From the NCBI GenBank assembly GCA_905178155.1, contig CAJINV010000030.1:77984-141983 (forward strand): a stretch of 64,000 bases of DNA. The letters are read 5' to 3'. The notes beneath the pieces were generated by a model. It saw nothing but the letters and a program-made list of their open reading frames with translations, did not search any database and was not told the origin of the DNA. Each line of letters begins with the position of its first letter. The stretch's first letter is position 1. Positions 47,801 to 58,400 of the stretch are shown here, in pieces. This DNA is from Amoebophrya sp. A120. Its lineage: Eukaryota; Protista; Dinoflagellata. A program made the position numbers and the translations under genes.

Positions 47801-50800
47801 TCGCGCCAGGCCCTGGTGAAACTCGCAAGAAAGACGGGGAGCACGGCGGACACGGTCCGTAAAAAACCTTCGGGGCGCCCTATCACCGCCTCCACGGGCC
47901 GGCACCACAAGTGCTTCCGCATGGCCTGGGCGCTGGGCCGCCCGCGCGGACTCTCCTACCACTTCGGCAACAGTCGGTCCTTCCAGAAAATGCGGTTTTG
48001 GGACCTGGTTCGTTTGAAAACGATCCAGAAAACGCGGCTGCAGCAGGAGAGCCGCGGGGGAGGTGGTGCCCCCGGAATTATTGCGACAGCGGGTGCAGGA
48101 AATGGCAGCAGACGACGCTCTGGCAGGCGGCGGAGGAGCGGCGATGAAAGCGAGCGTCGAAGCCAGAACAATGCGGAAGAACGACGTCACCACAATGAAA
48201 ACGAAAATGATTTTTTCCCGTACTACGCGCACAGAAGGCATCGGGAAGAAATGGACGCAAATGCCGTGGAGAAGCTACCGTACGACGCAAACTATCCTGG
48301 GAGAAATAGCGACTGTCGTGCTCGTCGTCTGATAGTAATTGCATGAATCTTGCATGACAGCCGTTCTTGTCTCTGTGTGTCGAATCTGCAACGCAAATTC
48401 AGTTTTTCATGATTTCTTTGTCATGCAAATCTTACTAGCACAACAGGTTTGCAAAATGCATACGAATCATCCCTACCAGAACTCGGACGTGTACGAGTCT
48501 GCGGACCAGGTGAAGAAGTACTACTACCGTGCCATATCCTCTGCAAAAGTACCGTACTCGTGATAGGTAAATTGCGATATAGTAATTTTTGCATGACAGA
48601 TTTTGATTTACTGTCATCTTACTTGTTAAATCTGCATGACAAACTCGATGTTTCGTATGCAATCATTTGTCATGCGAAGATCAAGTAGTCAGATCTCTAC
48701 TGGTGCAATACCTTTTGCAAAAATGCATACACCGGCTGGAACAACCATCTTCTCAACCCGAATTGGTTTAGCGCGTTTCAAAAAGAGGACTGGCGCGAGC
48801 GGGAGTTTTTCGTGCAGAACGCGGCGCTGGCCGACCTCGATCCGTTTGACGGAGAGCAGGAATCCGAGCCCGACTCCGTGTTCGACGCGGATGACCGGCT
48901 CCGTGTATCAAATGCAAACATCGATCTGGGTCCTCTGCAAACTTGTGATGCGAAAATGTGGATAAATGGAATAAATCGTTCCGCATGCTGCCCAGCATGA
49001 CAACGCCTTTCGTGGCCGAGAGCGCTTTCTCATAGGCAGTCTGGATCAGGTGAGTGAGACTGCGTTTCTGCATGACAAAAGAGGCTGCGACTTTTGTTGA
49101 TTTTATGCAAAAGCAAAACTACAGATTTCCCAGGAATCGGAAGCTAGCATTACAAGTTTTTCAATTTTTCAGACCCAGACATACTTGCATTGGATACCAC
49201 GAGCTGGACGACGAACTGGCGCACCTCGCCCAATATCGAATGCAAATGTGTCTGGGTCGGGAAAGAATGAGATTTGTGATGCATGCTTTCGATCATACAA
49301 ATTACCACCTGTAGAATTGTGTATGTATTTCTCAACACGCAGCAGATTTTCAGGTAGGCATGAGAAATAACCTGTCGCACCACTGCAATTATGCTGCATC
49401 GCGGGTCATGTAAGATTTGCAGCACATCTCTCATCAATCTTCCCGACCCAGACAAGTTGGCACCGCACACCCAAGAGAGCGAGGACGACGAGCCGCTGCC
49501 CCCGCCGTTCCAAGTGCGGGAAGACCGAGCGAAGACGGCGACGCGCAACTACCTGAAGCCCTTCTTCTGGTGGGCCGTGCACCGCGCGCTCGACATGGAG
49601 GCGGCCCAGGTCGTGGTGCAAAGCTGCGTGGAGCTGGTCCGGGACCAGGTTGTGGCGGAGGAGGAGGCCGACCTGGCGACCGCCGTGCTGGACGCCGTCG
49701 CGGACAAGGTGGCGCGGAACGTGCTGGACCTCGAGCACGGCACCGTCGCCGACGCCTTGGTGCAGCATGCGGTGGACCGTGCGGGCGATCCAACCATATC
49801 CTGTGCAGAAGTATCGTACTCGTATTGCAAAAATCATGCATCCCGAGTCAATCCCCATTACAAATTTTATTTCTCATGCTGAGGATGAAATTTGTATATG
49901 CATTTATACGAGTACGATACTTTTGCAGTCCATAGACCAGTGGCGGCCACGATTTCGCCTCCACCGACCAGATTCTGCAGACCGTCTACGGAAACGCGGT
50001 GCACACACTGAGCAACGAGCACAAGGTGATCGCCCGGCGCACGCTCCACCGCATCTACGACACCGTGGTAGACACACTGCAACTCAACGAGGAGCAGGAG
50101 TTCGACGGAGGACAAAAGGAACAAAGCGAACCCAACGGGGGCCACCGGAAGGAGGACCTGCTGTTTCCCAGCACCTGGGGAAACCATAAAACGCTCGGTG
50201 GAGCAGACGGGGACAGTATCTACAGCATCGACACCTCAGACCACCAGTCCATCTGCGTTGTGGGCGACCCAGGACGCCCGAAGCTGAAGTCCGAGTTCGG
50301 CCCCTTCACGATCGGGTGCAAGGGAGTTCGCGTGGTCCGGCATTATTTCTCCATGGCCGCGGGGGATCGCGACTCGAATTCGTCGTGCGTAGCACAAGAG
50401 GACGGAGAGGAAGAGGAAGACACTGATTTATTTCTCAGCGAGGACCAACTGCTAGACCGGAAATACGAGGCACAGCGGCGGCGGCAACAGCGAAGACGGG
50501 ACCGCCGAAGCGAGATTTCTGACGAGCGGGAGGTGCGCAAACAGGTGATGCGCAACGCGAAGAAGTTTCGGCGCGAGCTGCAGAAGCGGCTCCAGTTCCT
50601 CGGGGACGCGCACGGACTCGATATGGCGTTCTCAACTGTTACATTCTCAACTGTTACACGGATTTGCTATGCAGAATTGCCATCAGCCTCCACACGATCA
50701 AGGTGCTTAGCATGACAAATCCTCGAAGGGCTAAGCAGCATGATAATCCGTTCCAAATTTGTAATGCAAAACGCGCAATCTTTCCGCTTTCACATTTGCT

Positions 50801-53197
50801 GTTCTTGCATCACACATTCATGTAACAGTTGAGGATGTAACGTTTGAGAACGCCATACTCGAGCTGCGAAGCTTCGAGCACGACATCTTCGCGTCGGAGT
50901 ACGGTGTTTTGAACCCGCACCGGCAGCGCCGCGGTCCTTCCGTCAAAGAGCTGGTTTGGTCCCAGGCGGTGAGGAGAGCGAGCAGTGCCGGGGCGGGGAC
51001 CGGCGGAAGACGAGTGCGAACCAACTACCCTGATGATGAACCACAAGACGAGGGTCGTATTGTGGATGGACAGAAAAACTATCGTGCAACAAACGATCGT
51101 GGCGAAGGAAAACATGGTGCTCGTGCTCCACCACGACACGGTGCGGGGAATAAGCCCGAGGTGAGGAACAAAAGCGGCTTGCAAGATGAAGTTTCTCCGG
51201 TCGACGTGCAGGGGCCGATCTACGTCACGCACGCTGCGGACGCGGTCCCGCACGAGCAGGAAGAGAAACAGGGGAAGCGGGGCAGCAATATCCTGAGTAA
51301 AAACAACGTCCCCTCTACCCCAAGGCTGTGCATCATGAAGGTAGCAAATCTGCATCATGAAGGTAGGTGGTTCTTATGCGGAGCCCCATGAGAATTGTTT
51401 TCTAGTCGACGCGCGTCGAAAATTGTGATGCTCCAATGATCAGCATAATATCTATAGATCTTTGTTGATGTGATGCTGTTGTTGTTGAAGTAGAAGCGAA
51501 TAACAGGATTGCACTACGAAGCGGCCACAGAACTTGTCATGCACAACAACCAAAGCTTGTTGATTTGTGTAGCAGATTTCCCGTCCTGACTACAAGGTGG
51601 GGACGTTTTCCCACGGGATAAGCAAGCGCGTGAACAAGCCTCCGCGTTCGGCGGGCCCGGCTGGGCGGTACGATGAAGACACGGGCCGCCCGCGGAGCTT
51701 CAGTAGCTGCTACGACCTTATGGATTGCAAAAATGTCTAGGTGTCCGGAAGAGTTAGAACTTGCATTTCTTGTTTGGCATTCCTGCTAAATCTGTGTTGC
51801 ATGTTTGTGGCAGCTGCGCGGATTTTGTGTCAATGAAATGCAAAAAAGGAGTACTTTGTAATGCGGACGCGCGCTACTCACGCATGAAATAGAAAAAGCG
51901 CTGAAATAAATATTTGGCATGCGTGGCTGCACTAGGAAGACCAATTTTGGCCATTCAGCATCACAAGTTCATTCCAGACTCAGACCACATATTTGTGATG
52001 CATAGACCTGGTAGTACAGCAACACCGCGTGCGCGCGGCGGACGCCGAGGGAAGGCAAGGACCGGCGTATCCTGTGCAAAAGTATCGCACTCGTAGTATT
52101 TGCAATCATGCATTACAAATCTTTTGCTTAAGGTTAAGGTGAATCCGCCGGATTACAAATTTTATTTCTCATGCTGGGGAAATTTTAATTTGTAATGCAA
52201 TTTATACTCAGTACGATACTTTTGCACTGCATAGGGCGGGAATTGCAGCAACTCGTGGTGGTCCAACGAGGAATTTTCAACCAGGCCTGGCGTTCAACCC
52301 GGATGAATTTCGCATCCTCCGAGCTAGGAATTGCAAAAGTATAAAGTAGTACCAAAGCATCGCACTGAAATTGTACTTGTAAAATTGATTATAAAGATAG
52401 TCAATCAGTTGCATCTTCTATAGTGCAAGACTTGTACTACAAGAAGTTCTTGCGTAAAAAAAAGCAATTTTTTGTCAACTACATGCCAGATCAACTAGAA
52501 GGATAGATCTGTCACGACGCATCATGCCTGGTGCGATGATCTTCACTACGAGTGTGCGATATTTTTGCAAAGGATACGAGCCGGGAGGGACCAACTCAAG
52601 ATGTATCGGGAAGAGGAGGAGCAGGCGAAGGAAAGGGCGAAAAACCTCTGTAGAAGTGCCGCGTCAAAAAAAGCCGCGGGTGGCCGGAAGACGGCGTCCA
52701 GTACTTGTTCGTTTGATAGATAGTTTCATATTTAAATCAGCTTAAAAATCGTAGAGTTGATTTGCACTGCTGGACCTGATCCTGATAGTACTGTGTATTC
52801 ATTTTTCACTACGCACGATCTTCAATCAATTGTGTTTCTTGCTTGCTACGGGGCGCAGAGACCCCAGACATAGCGGTGACAGTACATGAGGTCATCGTAC
52901 GTAGCAAGTTGTACTTCTTCTACAGAACTCAAGAAAATGCGCCGTATACATCAAAGTACCGAATCAGATACAACAACAAAACCAGGTTACTACGACGACC
53001 GGAAAACCTACCAGTGGGATGCCCCGGTGGACGTGTTTGGGCGCGAGAAAGCGGAGATTCTGGCACAGTACAAAGAAAACGAGAAAGCCAAAACTCGGTC
53101 CGCCGGCGGTCGTGCGGGTGGGAGTGCGGTGGCAAGCGGTTCTGCGTGGAAACTGGATCTCGGCGAGGTCGATTGGATGGCGGCACTGCAGATGTAG
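44888..53197 (+). CDS. Large hypothetical protein interrupted by 16 introners and two GT-AG introns (47356-47633, 52701-52925)
   Basis: Removing each TIR element plus one TSD copy gives a single continuous frame from MALQQPNPP to ...DWMAALQM*. No domain recognised, and the start is uncertain. Confidence 0.8.
45358..45500. mobile_element. Introner family A
   Basis: TATCCAGTGCAAAAGTATCGT...ACGATACTTTGCAATGCATA; perfect TSD CTGCG. Confidence 0.93.
45624..45787. mobile_element. Introner family A (opposite internal orientation)
   Basis: TATGCAGTGCAAAAGTATCGTACT...AGTACGATACTTTTGCAATGCATA; perfect TSD TTCCG. Confidence 0.95.
45875..46029. mobile_element. Introner family A
   Basis: TAGGTGTGGCAAAAGCATCGTACTC...GAGTACGATCCTTTTGCATTGCATA; TSD CGCGG/CGCAG. 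Confidence 0.88.
46076..46294. mobile_element. Introner family C (C5TC5 TIR)
   Basis: ~42-bp TIR TATGACAGTGCACAACTCCCCCTCCCCCTCATTTGTAATGCA and its complement; TSD CGCCA/TGCCA. Confidence 0.92.
46389..46539. mobile_element. Introner family A (opposite internal orientation)
   Basis: TATGAAATGCAAAAGCCTCGTACT...GAGTACGATACTTTTGCACAGGATA; TSD CAAAG/CAAAC. Confidence 0.9.
46866..47117. mobile_element. Introner family B
   Basis: Perfect 30-bp TIR TATCAAATGCAAAAATGTCTGGGTCTGGAA; perfect TSD CTGGA. Confidence 0.96.
47258..47684 (+). repeat. Dispersed exon-intron-exon duplication (partner at 54522-54893)
   Basis: Shared GGAGTTGGA..CACAGTTT.CAAGCGCCTC.GCAGGGACA..., AATTTTTCGCATTCCTGCA, GTGCAAAAGCTAAA, ACCGCAACGAACCCAGCGA. 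Confidence 0.85.
48293..48462. mobile_element. Degenerate introner family A
   Basis: TATCCTGGGAGAAA...TTTGCAAAATGCATA; TSD CAAAC/CGAAT; frame restored (YDANHPYQ). Confidence 0.75.
48535..48729. mobile_element. Introner family A
   Basis: TATCCTCTGCAAAAGTACCGTACTCG...TTTTGCAAAAATGCATA; eroded TSD TGCCA/CACCG; frame restored. Confidence 0.82.
48906..49196. mobile_element. Introner family B
   Basis: TATCAAATGCAAAC..TCTGGGTC...GACCCAGACATACTTGCATTGGATA; TSD CCGTG/CCACG. Confidence 0.87.
49234..49469. mobile_element. Introner family B
   Basis: TATCGAATGCAAATGTGTCTGGGTCGGGAA...TTCCCGACCCAGACA; perfect TSD CCCAA; right terminus eroded. Confidence 0.88.
49797..49934. mobile_element. Introner family A
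   Basis: TATCCTGTGCAGAAGTATCGTACTCGTA...TACGAGTACGATACTTTTGCAGTCCATA; TSD AACCA/GACCA. Confidence 0.93.
50622..50857. mobile_element. Introner family D
   Basis: 37-bp TIR TATGGCGTTCTCAACTGTTACATTCTCAACTGTTACA containing an internal 15-bp tandem; perfect TSD CTCGA. Confidence 0.95.
51289..51620. mobile_element. Introner family E
   Basis: TATCCTGAGTAAAAACAACGTCCCC / GGGGACGTTTTCCCACGGGATA; perfect TSD AGCAA. Confidence 0.87.
51719..52004. mobile_element. Introner family B (opposite orientation to the 14124 and 46866 copies)
   Basis: TATGGATTGCAAAAATGTCTAGG...CAGCATCACAAGTTCATTCCAGAC..GATGCATA; perfect TSD GACCT. Confidence 0.88.
52068..52233. mobile_element. Introner family A
   Basis: TATCCTGTGCAAAAGTATCGCACTCG...GTACGATACTTTTGCACTGCATA; TSD CGGCG/GGGCG. 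Confidence 0.94.
52325..52576. mobile_element. Introner family A
   Basis: TAGGAATTGCAAAAGTAT...GATATTTTTGCAAAGGATA; perfect TSD CGAGC; gives ILRAGRDQLKMY. Confidence 0.88.
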
Positions 53198-54521
53198 TAA
53201 GCGAAAGCTGCTGGAAGTGGTAATGGCGTAGCTGTTATTTTTGGACAAAAGAAGGTCTGTTGCGACGCTCGTGTGAATGAAAGAAACAGAGTCTCTTGAC
53301 GTTTTGTATTTTTTCTCCGTGAAAAAGAGAAAAAGGAAAAGCAGGAGTGCCTTGCTGAATAGAATACTTAAAAACACGAACTGCACATCACAAAATGAAC
53401 AGTCTTTTGTGGGGAATATCTCAACTGAATGAGTTCTGTAAATATCGGCTGGCATCGGTGAATCAAGATCGAGTAGTTGCGCAAGACAAATTTGATCAAA
53501 GAAGAAAAAGATCGCGACCTCCAAGAAACTCACTCGAGGCCAATATGATTCAAGTAGGTTTTCAACCTCGTGCCAATGCTCTCCCTCGGGATCGCTTGTC
53601 TTTTTTTTTAACCGTGACGATATTAACCTTCGTGATTGCATAAAGTCCGAGGAAGTAGTACTGAGGGATCAAGTGCGAGAGGGACATTACATTTTAGGCT
53701 TACTACACGCATGTTTTTTTCATTTTTTCTCAAGCAAGTCTTTTGTAGGAAATTTAATGGAAAAATGAAAATCCCGCGCCGAACGCAGTCACTTAATAAG
53801 GGCGAAGGGAGGACAACGAATATGCTGTTCATTGCCCCTACAACTTGAGGGAAAAGTGGGAAAATTGATTTCGACCTGAATCGATAGTCTTTTGGTTTTA
53901 AAATGTATGTTAGGGCAGCAGACGGCTGTCCGGGCAGCAGTCTGCAGTAGTCTTTCGAGTTGTCTGGGGTCGTTCAGGGCTAAGGCTGCAAGAGCGGAAT
54001 TTTCTACTGTCCTCGCCCTGGTAGTCGTTGTAGTAGGGTATTCAGAAGCAATAGGAAATTGCTCCTGTGCAGACCGTCGTCGTACCGGTACCGAGAGCGC
54101 CGCACAGGTGTACCTGAACCGCTCTCCTAGTTCCACCACGGCATCATCATTTCGTTCCATCGAACTTCTTCGAGGTCAGTCAACGACGCCGACCAACCTA
54201 GCCTCAGTCAACGACGTTACCACTAGGGTATCAGGGCAGGCTATTCCTGCCGCGCGTCGGAGGAGGGAGATGCGCCAAGCCCCGCTCGAACTAATCATCA
54301 TCATTTGAGGTGGGCGGAACACAGTATTTTTGTATATAGTGCGTTCACGACTTATGGCAGATTGATAGTACGTGTACGAGTTGCTATGTTGATGCTCGCA
54401 ACATTTTCTTCTCTTTGTACTTTCGAACAGACTGGTATAATATTCCTCGTCAACGAACCGGTTCAGATTGAGCACCAAAGGTAGTACTTCTATCTTCTTG
54501 CCCGCGGCCTTACTGGGAAGG

Positions 54522-55476
54522 GGAGTTGGAGTACGCGGACCACAGTTTCCAAGCGCCTCAGCAGGGACAAGAAAGAGGATCTTCCGTCGCGGCCACTTCT
54601 CGTCCAGTCAAGTGGGTTGGTGTGGAGAGAAGTACCAGGGAAGTGACAAGAGGCACTACAAGAATTTTTCGCATTCCTGCACCAGAGAAACACCTTCAGC
54701 AGCGAAAAACTAGTAATGTTTATTTTGCACTCCATATTTTAATTTTAGTTTTTCAAACTTGTGATTGGTCCTTGGTTTTGCTGTGTATCCCTAGGTAGTG
54801 ATTCGTGCAAAAGCTAAAGCTAAATTCACATAAAACCACACACTACAGGGCGATCAACCGCAACGAACCCAGCGAAGCCAGCATCAGCCGGTAGTAGTAT
54901 GGACGAAGTGAAGATGGTGATGCTTTGCAAAGTGCTGCGCGTCTTCATGTTGCCGGACGCCAAGGAACTGCGCCAGAAAGTCGTCAGCAAACCCTTCAAC
55001 TTGAGCACCCAAGTTACTTTTATCTTCTTGCCGGCACAGGAGGTTTAGTTTAGAACAGCACCAGTAGCCTGCCTTTCCCTGTGGCAGTTCCGGCAGCAGC
55101 AGTGTCACTGTGGCGGTACGGAGGCAGGAAAGGCATCTTCTAGCGGCACTACCTAGAAGAAACACTACAACGTGCCGAAAGTGGACTACATCACTGTGGA
55201 GTGACGGCAATTAACCGTATTCCCCTTGCTCGTTCAACATCTACCACCTCTGCCCACCACTCTCTGGGACACGGCAGCAGAAGGATCACACGCTTCATCA
55301 TCGATAGAGTCCTAGTGCTGGCCTATTGTGACAAAAAAAACCTGAACAACGGACACGGAGACCGAAACTACGGGAACACTTTGCGCGCCGGCGTGGATCC
55401 CATCTAGAGTCTCTTGAAGGAGAACAACCAGACCACCTCCTTTGAGTAACCGCAAAACCAAAAGCAGTGGGCGAAG
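54522..55476 (+). pseudogene. Patchwork of duplicated gene fragments
   Basis: 54522-54893 matches 47258-47684; 54918-54990 matches 63312-63385; 55248-55503 matches 61910-62136. In-frame TAG/TAA at ~55405 and ~55447. Confidence 0.6.
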
Positions 55477-58400
55477 ATGCTGAACATCAACATCCGCGCT
55501 GGGGAATTCCAGGACCTGTACGAGTATGCATCGCAAAAGTATCGTGCTCGTACTCGTACACTTTGCAGCACAGCATGACACCATTGTTGAAATTGGTTTC
55601 TTATTCTTACGCTTCCCTCATTCAGCATGACAAATAAGTACATTTTTACTTTCTTTCTCCTTCTGGAAAAAATTGTATCAAATGTTATTTGTACCAGTAC
55701 GATAGGATACTTTTGCAATGTATAATGAGCAGCTAGAAGAGAAGTATCCGCCGAAGCGCGCCAAGGAGAACTTGAACGCGCTCGTGGTGCATTCCGCCAT
55801 GGCGTGTTTCGAGAAGAAACAAAAAGAGAGCCCGCCGGCGCCCGTCTTGATGACGCAGCAGCCCGGACAACAACCTGCCCACGCTGGTCCGTCGACACTC
55901 GGCCTTGAGTCGTCCGGTGCTCCGGCGGAGGCGATGAACATGATTCCCCTCTCGGCGTCGAGCGGCACTACGCCCGCCGCAGCGGCCCCAGCAGCTGCGG
56001 CACCAGCAGCGGCCACTTTGTCCGTACCTGAATCTGGCACCAGCAGCGGCCGCGCGGAAAATGGCAATGTTAGCGTTCCCGCTGCGAAAGCAAGCGCCGT
56101 GGCAGGTACCGCTAGCGCCGTTGTGGCAAGAAGCACCTCCGCGCTTGATGTTCATCCGGGCGACAGCGTAGCGAATCCTTCATCGACGTCAGGACCTGCT
56201 GCTTCGACTGCGCCTGTCGTTGCAGAAACTGCCCCGTCCACAAGTGCAGCTATTATGCATCGCAAATATTATATCATCTGGGTGTGGAAGTCGTGTTGCA
56301 ACTTGTAATGCTGCTTTTTGATTCACATTCGAAAAAAATCTGTACATATTGCCTGAGCAGCAAACGAACTTTAGTTTTTCTTGCTACGCGGACAGGGCAT
56401 TTGATTTCACACTGGATAGGCATCAAACAGGACTGAGAAAATCTGTGATGCTAGGGCGCACATCAGAAACATTGTAAGTTACAGTCATGCAAAATGTGAA
56501 TGACCACGAGCGTTACATTTTTTCACACCCGGACATAGTTGCATTTGATAATTATTGAGAAAAGGACCAATCGCCGTGTCGCGGACGGATATCCTATGCA
56601 AAATCATCGTACTCGTAGTTGTAATTGCATTTATGCCTTACAAAGCCCTTTCTCAAGCTGAAAGTGAAACAGAAACTCAATCCGCCTGACAAATTTCGTC
56701 GCGTTGCTGAGCTACAACTTTGTTGTCTTGCAATAGCAATACGACGAGAACGAGTGCGATAATTTTGTACTTGATAACGGAACTGAAACTGCAAGAGAGG
56801 CGGGAGCTTCGAGTTCTTCGGAAAGCCACTCTTCCGCAACCATGGTCGTGAATTCGGGAGCCGGCAGCAGCACCACGCCTTTGGTGTCCGCTCCAACAGT
56901 TTTCTCGCCACCCGAAGCTGCCACTGACACTTCTGTGGGTGTGCCGGGGCTGGCGACCAACAACGACGAATATTTAACAACTACTGCAGCAACATCAAGT
57001 GGAGAACAACAAGCTTCAGAAGTCGCAGGGCCAGGCGTTGCCGCATCGTCCAACTTAACCGCGAGTAGCTCTGGTAGCGTGCCAGCCGGAGAACAAGTAG
57101 ATGCCGCTGTTTCCTTGCAGACGATCCGTCCACCTCCTGGGGCGCCAGTTACACAAGTACGACTACAACTACTACCTCTACCTCCTCAATCCACTGTCAG
57201 AAACACGGCTTGGCGTCCGTTTCCAGTGCCCGTTCCAGACGAAATCGGCCGAGCTATCTACAAGTTCTTACCGGAGCCCCCGGTTTTTACGCAGGTTGAC
57301 AAGTTGCTGCGGAATGACGTGATTCTAGGACTGCAAGTCACGGACGGGATGAGGACGTGGTACCCGAAAGTCAAGTCGTACAAGGAGGGCCTCGATCCGT
57401 TCATTGTCGACTTTGCTGACGATGTACCTGTGCGTTTGTCCTTTTTGCAACACGATTTTGTTAACGGCCAACCTGCATCCAAGTTGTGCTTGCGGTTCAA
57501 GATTCATGCTCATGGCGATGGGTATTACATTTATCTGCAAGAGTTCGCACATTGGACCGACTTGCAGGGCGGCTTCATGCTGAAATTCAAGTCCATTCGT
57601 CACGCCGGTACGGTCGTCAAATTGATCGTCCGCTTCACGCCCGACGATGTTGACAAGGACGATGTTGACAAGAACAATTTCTACGATCACCACCCTGTGA
57701 ATCTGGTTACCGAAATTGCGAAATACGGCTGCGACGGGATTGCGGAGGTGACAAAGCACCTTCCCGGCGTAGAACGTGTCTACGACGGTCGCCGATCGAC
57801 GCTTACGATTGAGCGGTACCACATGGACTTCAAGGAGGCCTTCCCAGGGTATCACCGACGGCGCACACAGCGGATGCTTGACGCAGCAAAAATTCCGATG
57901 CGATCGCAAGAGACGGACAACACCATTTCGCCAGAGCTGGTTGAGTCGGACGAGACAAATGCGCTACTAGCAGCACGCTTTCAGCCTTTTGCACATGATT
58001 TGGCGAACGCCGAACCGGGTTTCCCGAAGACGTTCGGAGACTCCAAAGCCAAAGTGCCCACAAACACTTTCAGGCTTTTTCCGAGAGTGGATCGCAGGTC
58101 TGCAGAAGTCCTGTTCCAGACCGGTGTCGTATCCGACGTGATTCCCATCAAGCTAGCGCAGTCCTTGGCGAGTACAGAGCCAGCTCTGCTAAGCAGCGTG
58201 TCATTTCATTTCCGACCGAACCCGCTTTCCGCCAACGAGGATTACGGAAAAGAAGGAGTAGTAGCGGAAACGGGAATGAGAATCATCCCCAGAGCAGATC
58301 CGTACTTCTTCCTCCATGGCTGCGATGGCAGTCTCGCCGTCGCCTTTCCGGAAATTGGATTTACCCAGGCGTCCTTCACCGATCTTTCTGAGATAGAGTC

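Noticed and set aside
55201-55476. In-frame TAG/TAA suggesting stop-codon reassignment, as reported for one Amoebophrya strain
   Set aside because: Long exons elsewhere are free of stops and genes end in TAA, TAG and TGA. A decayed duplicated fragment explains it better.
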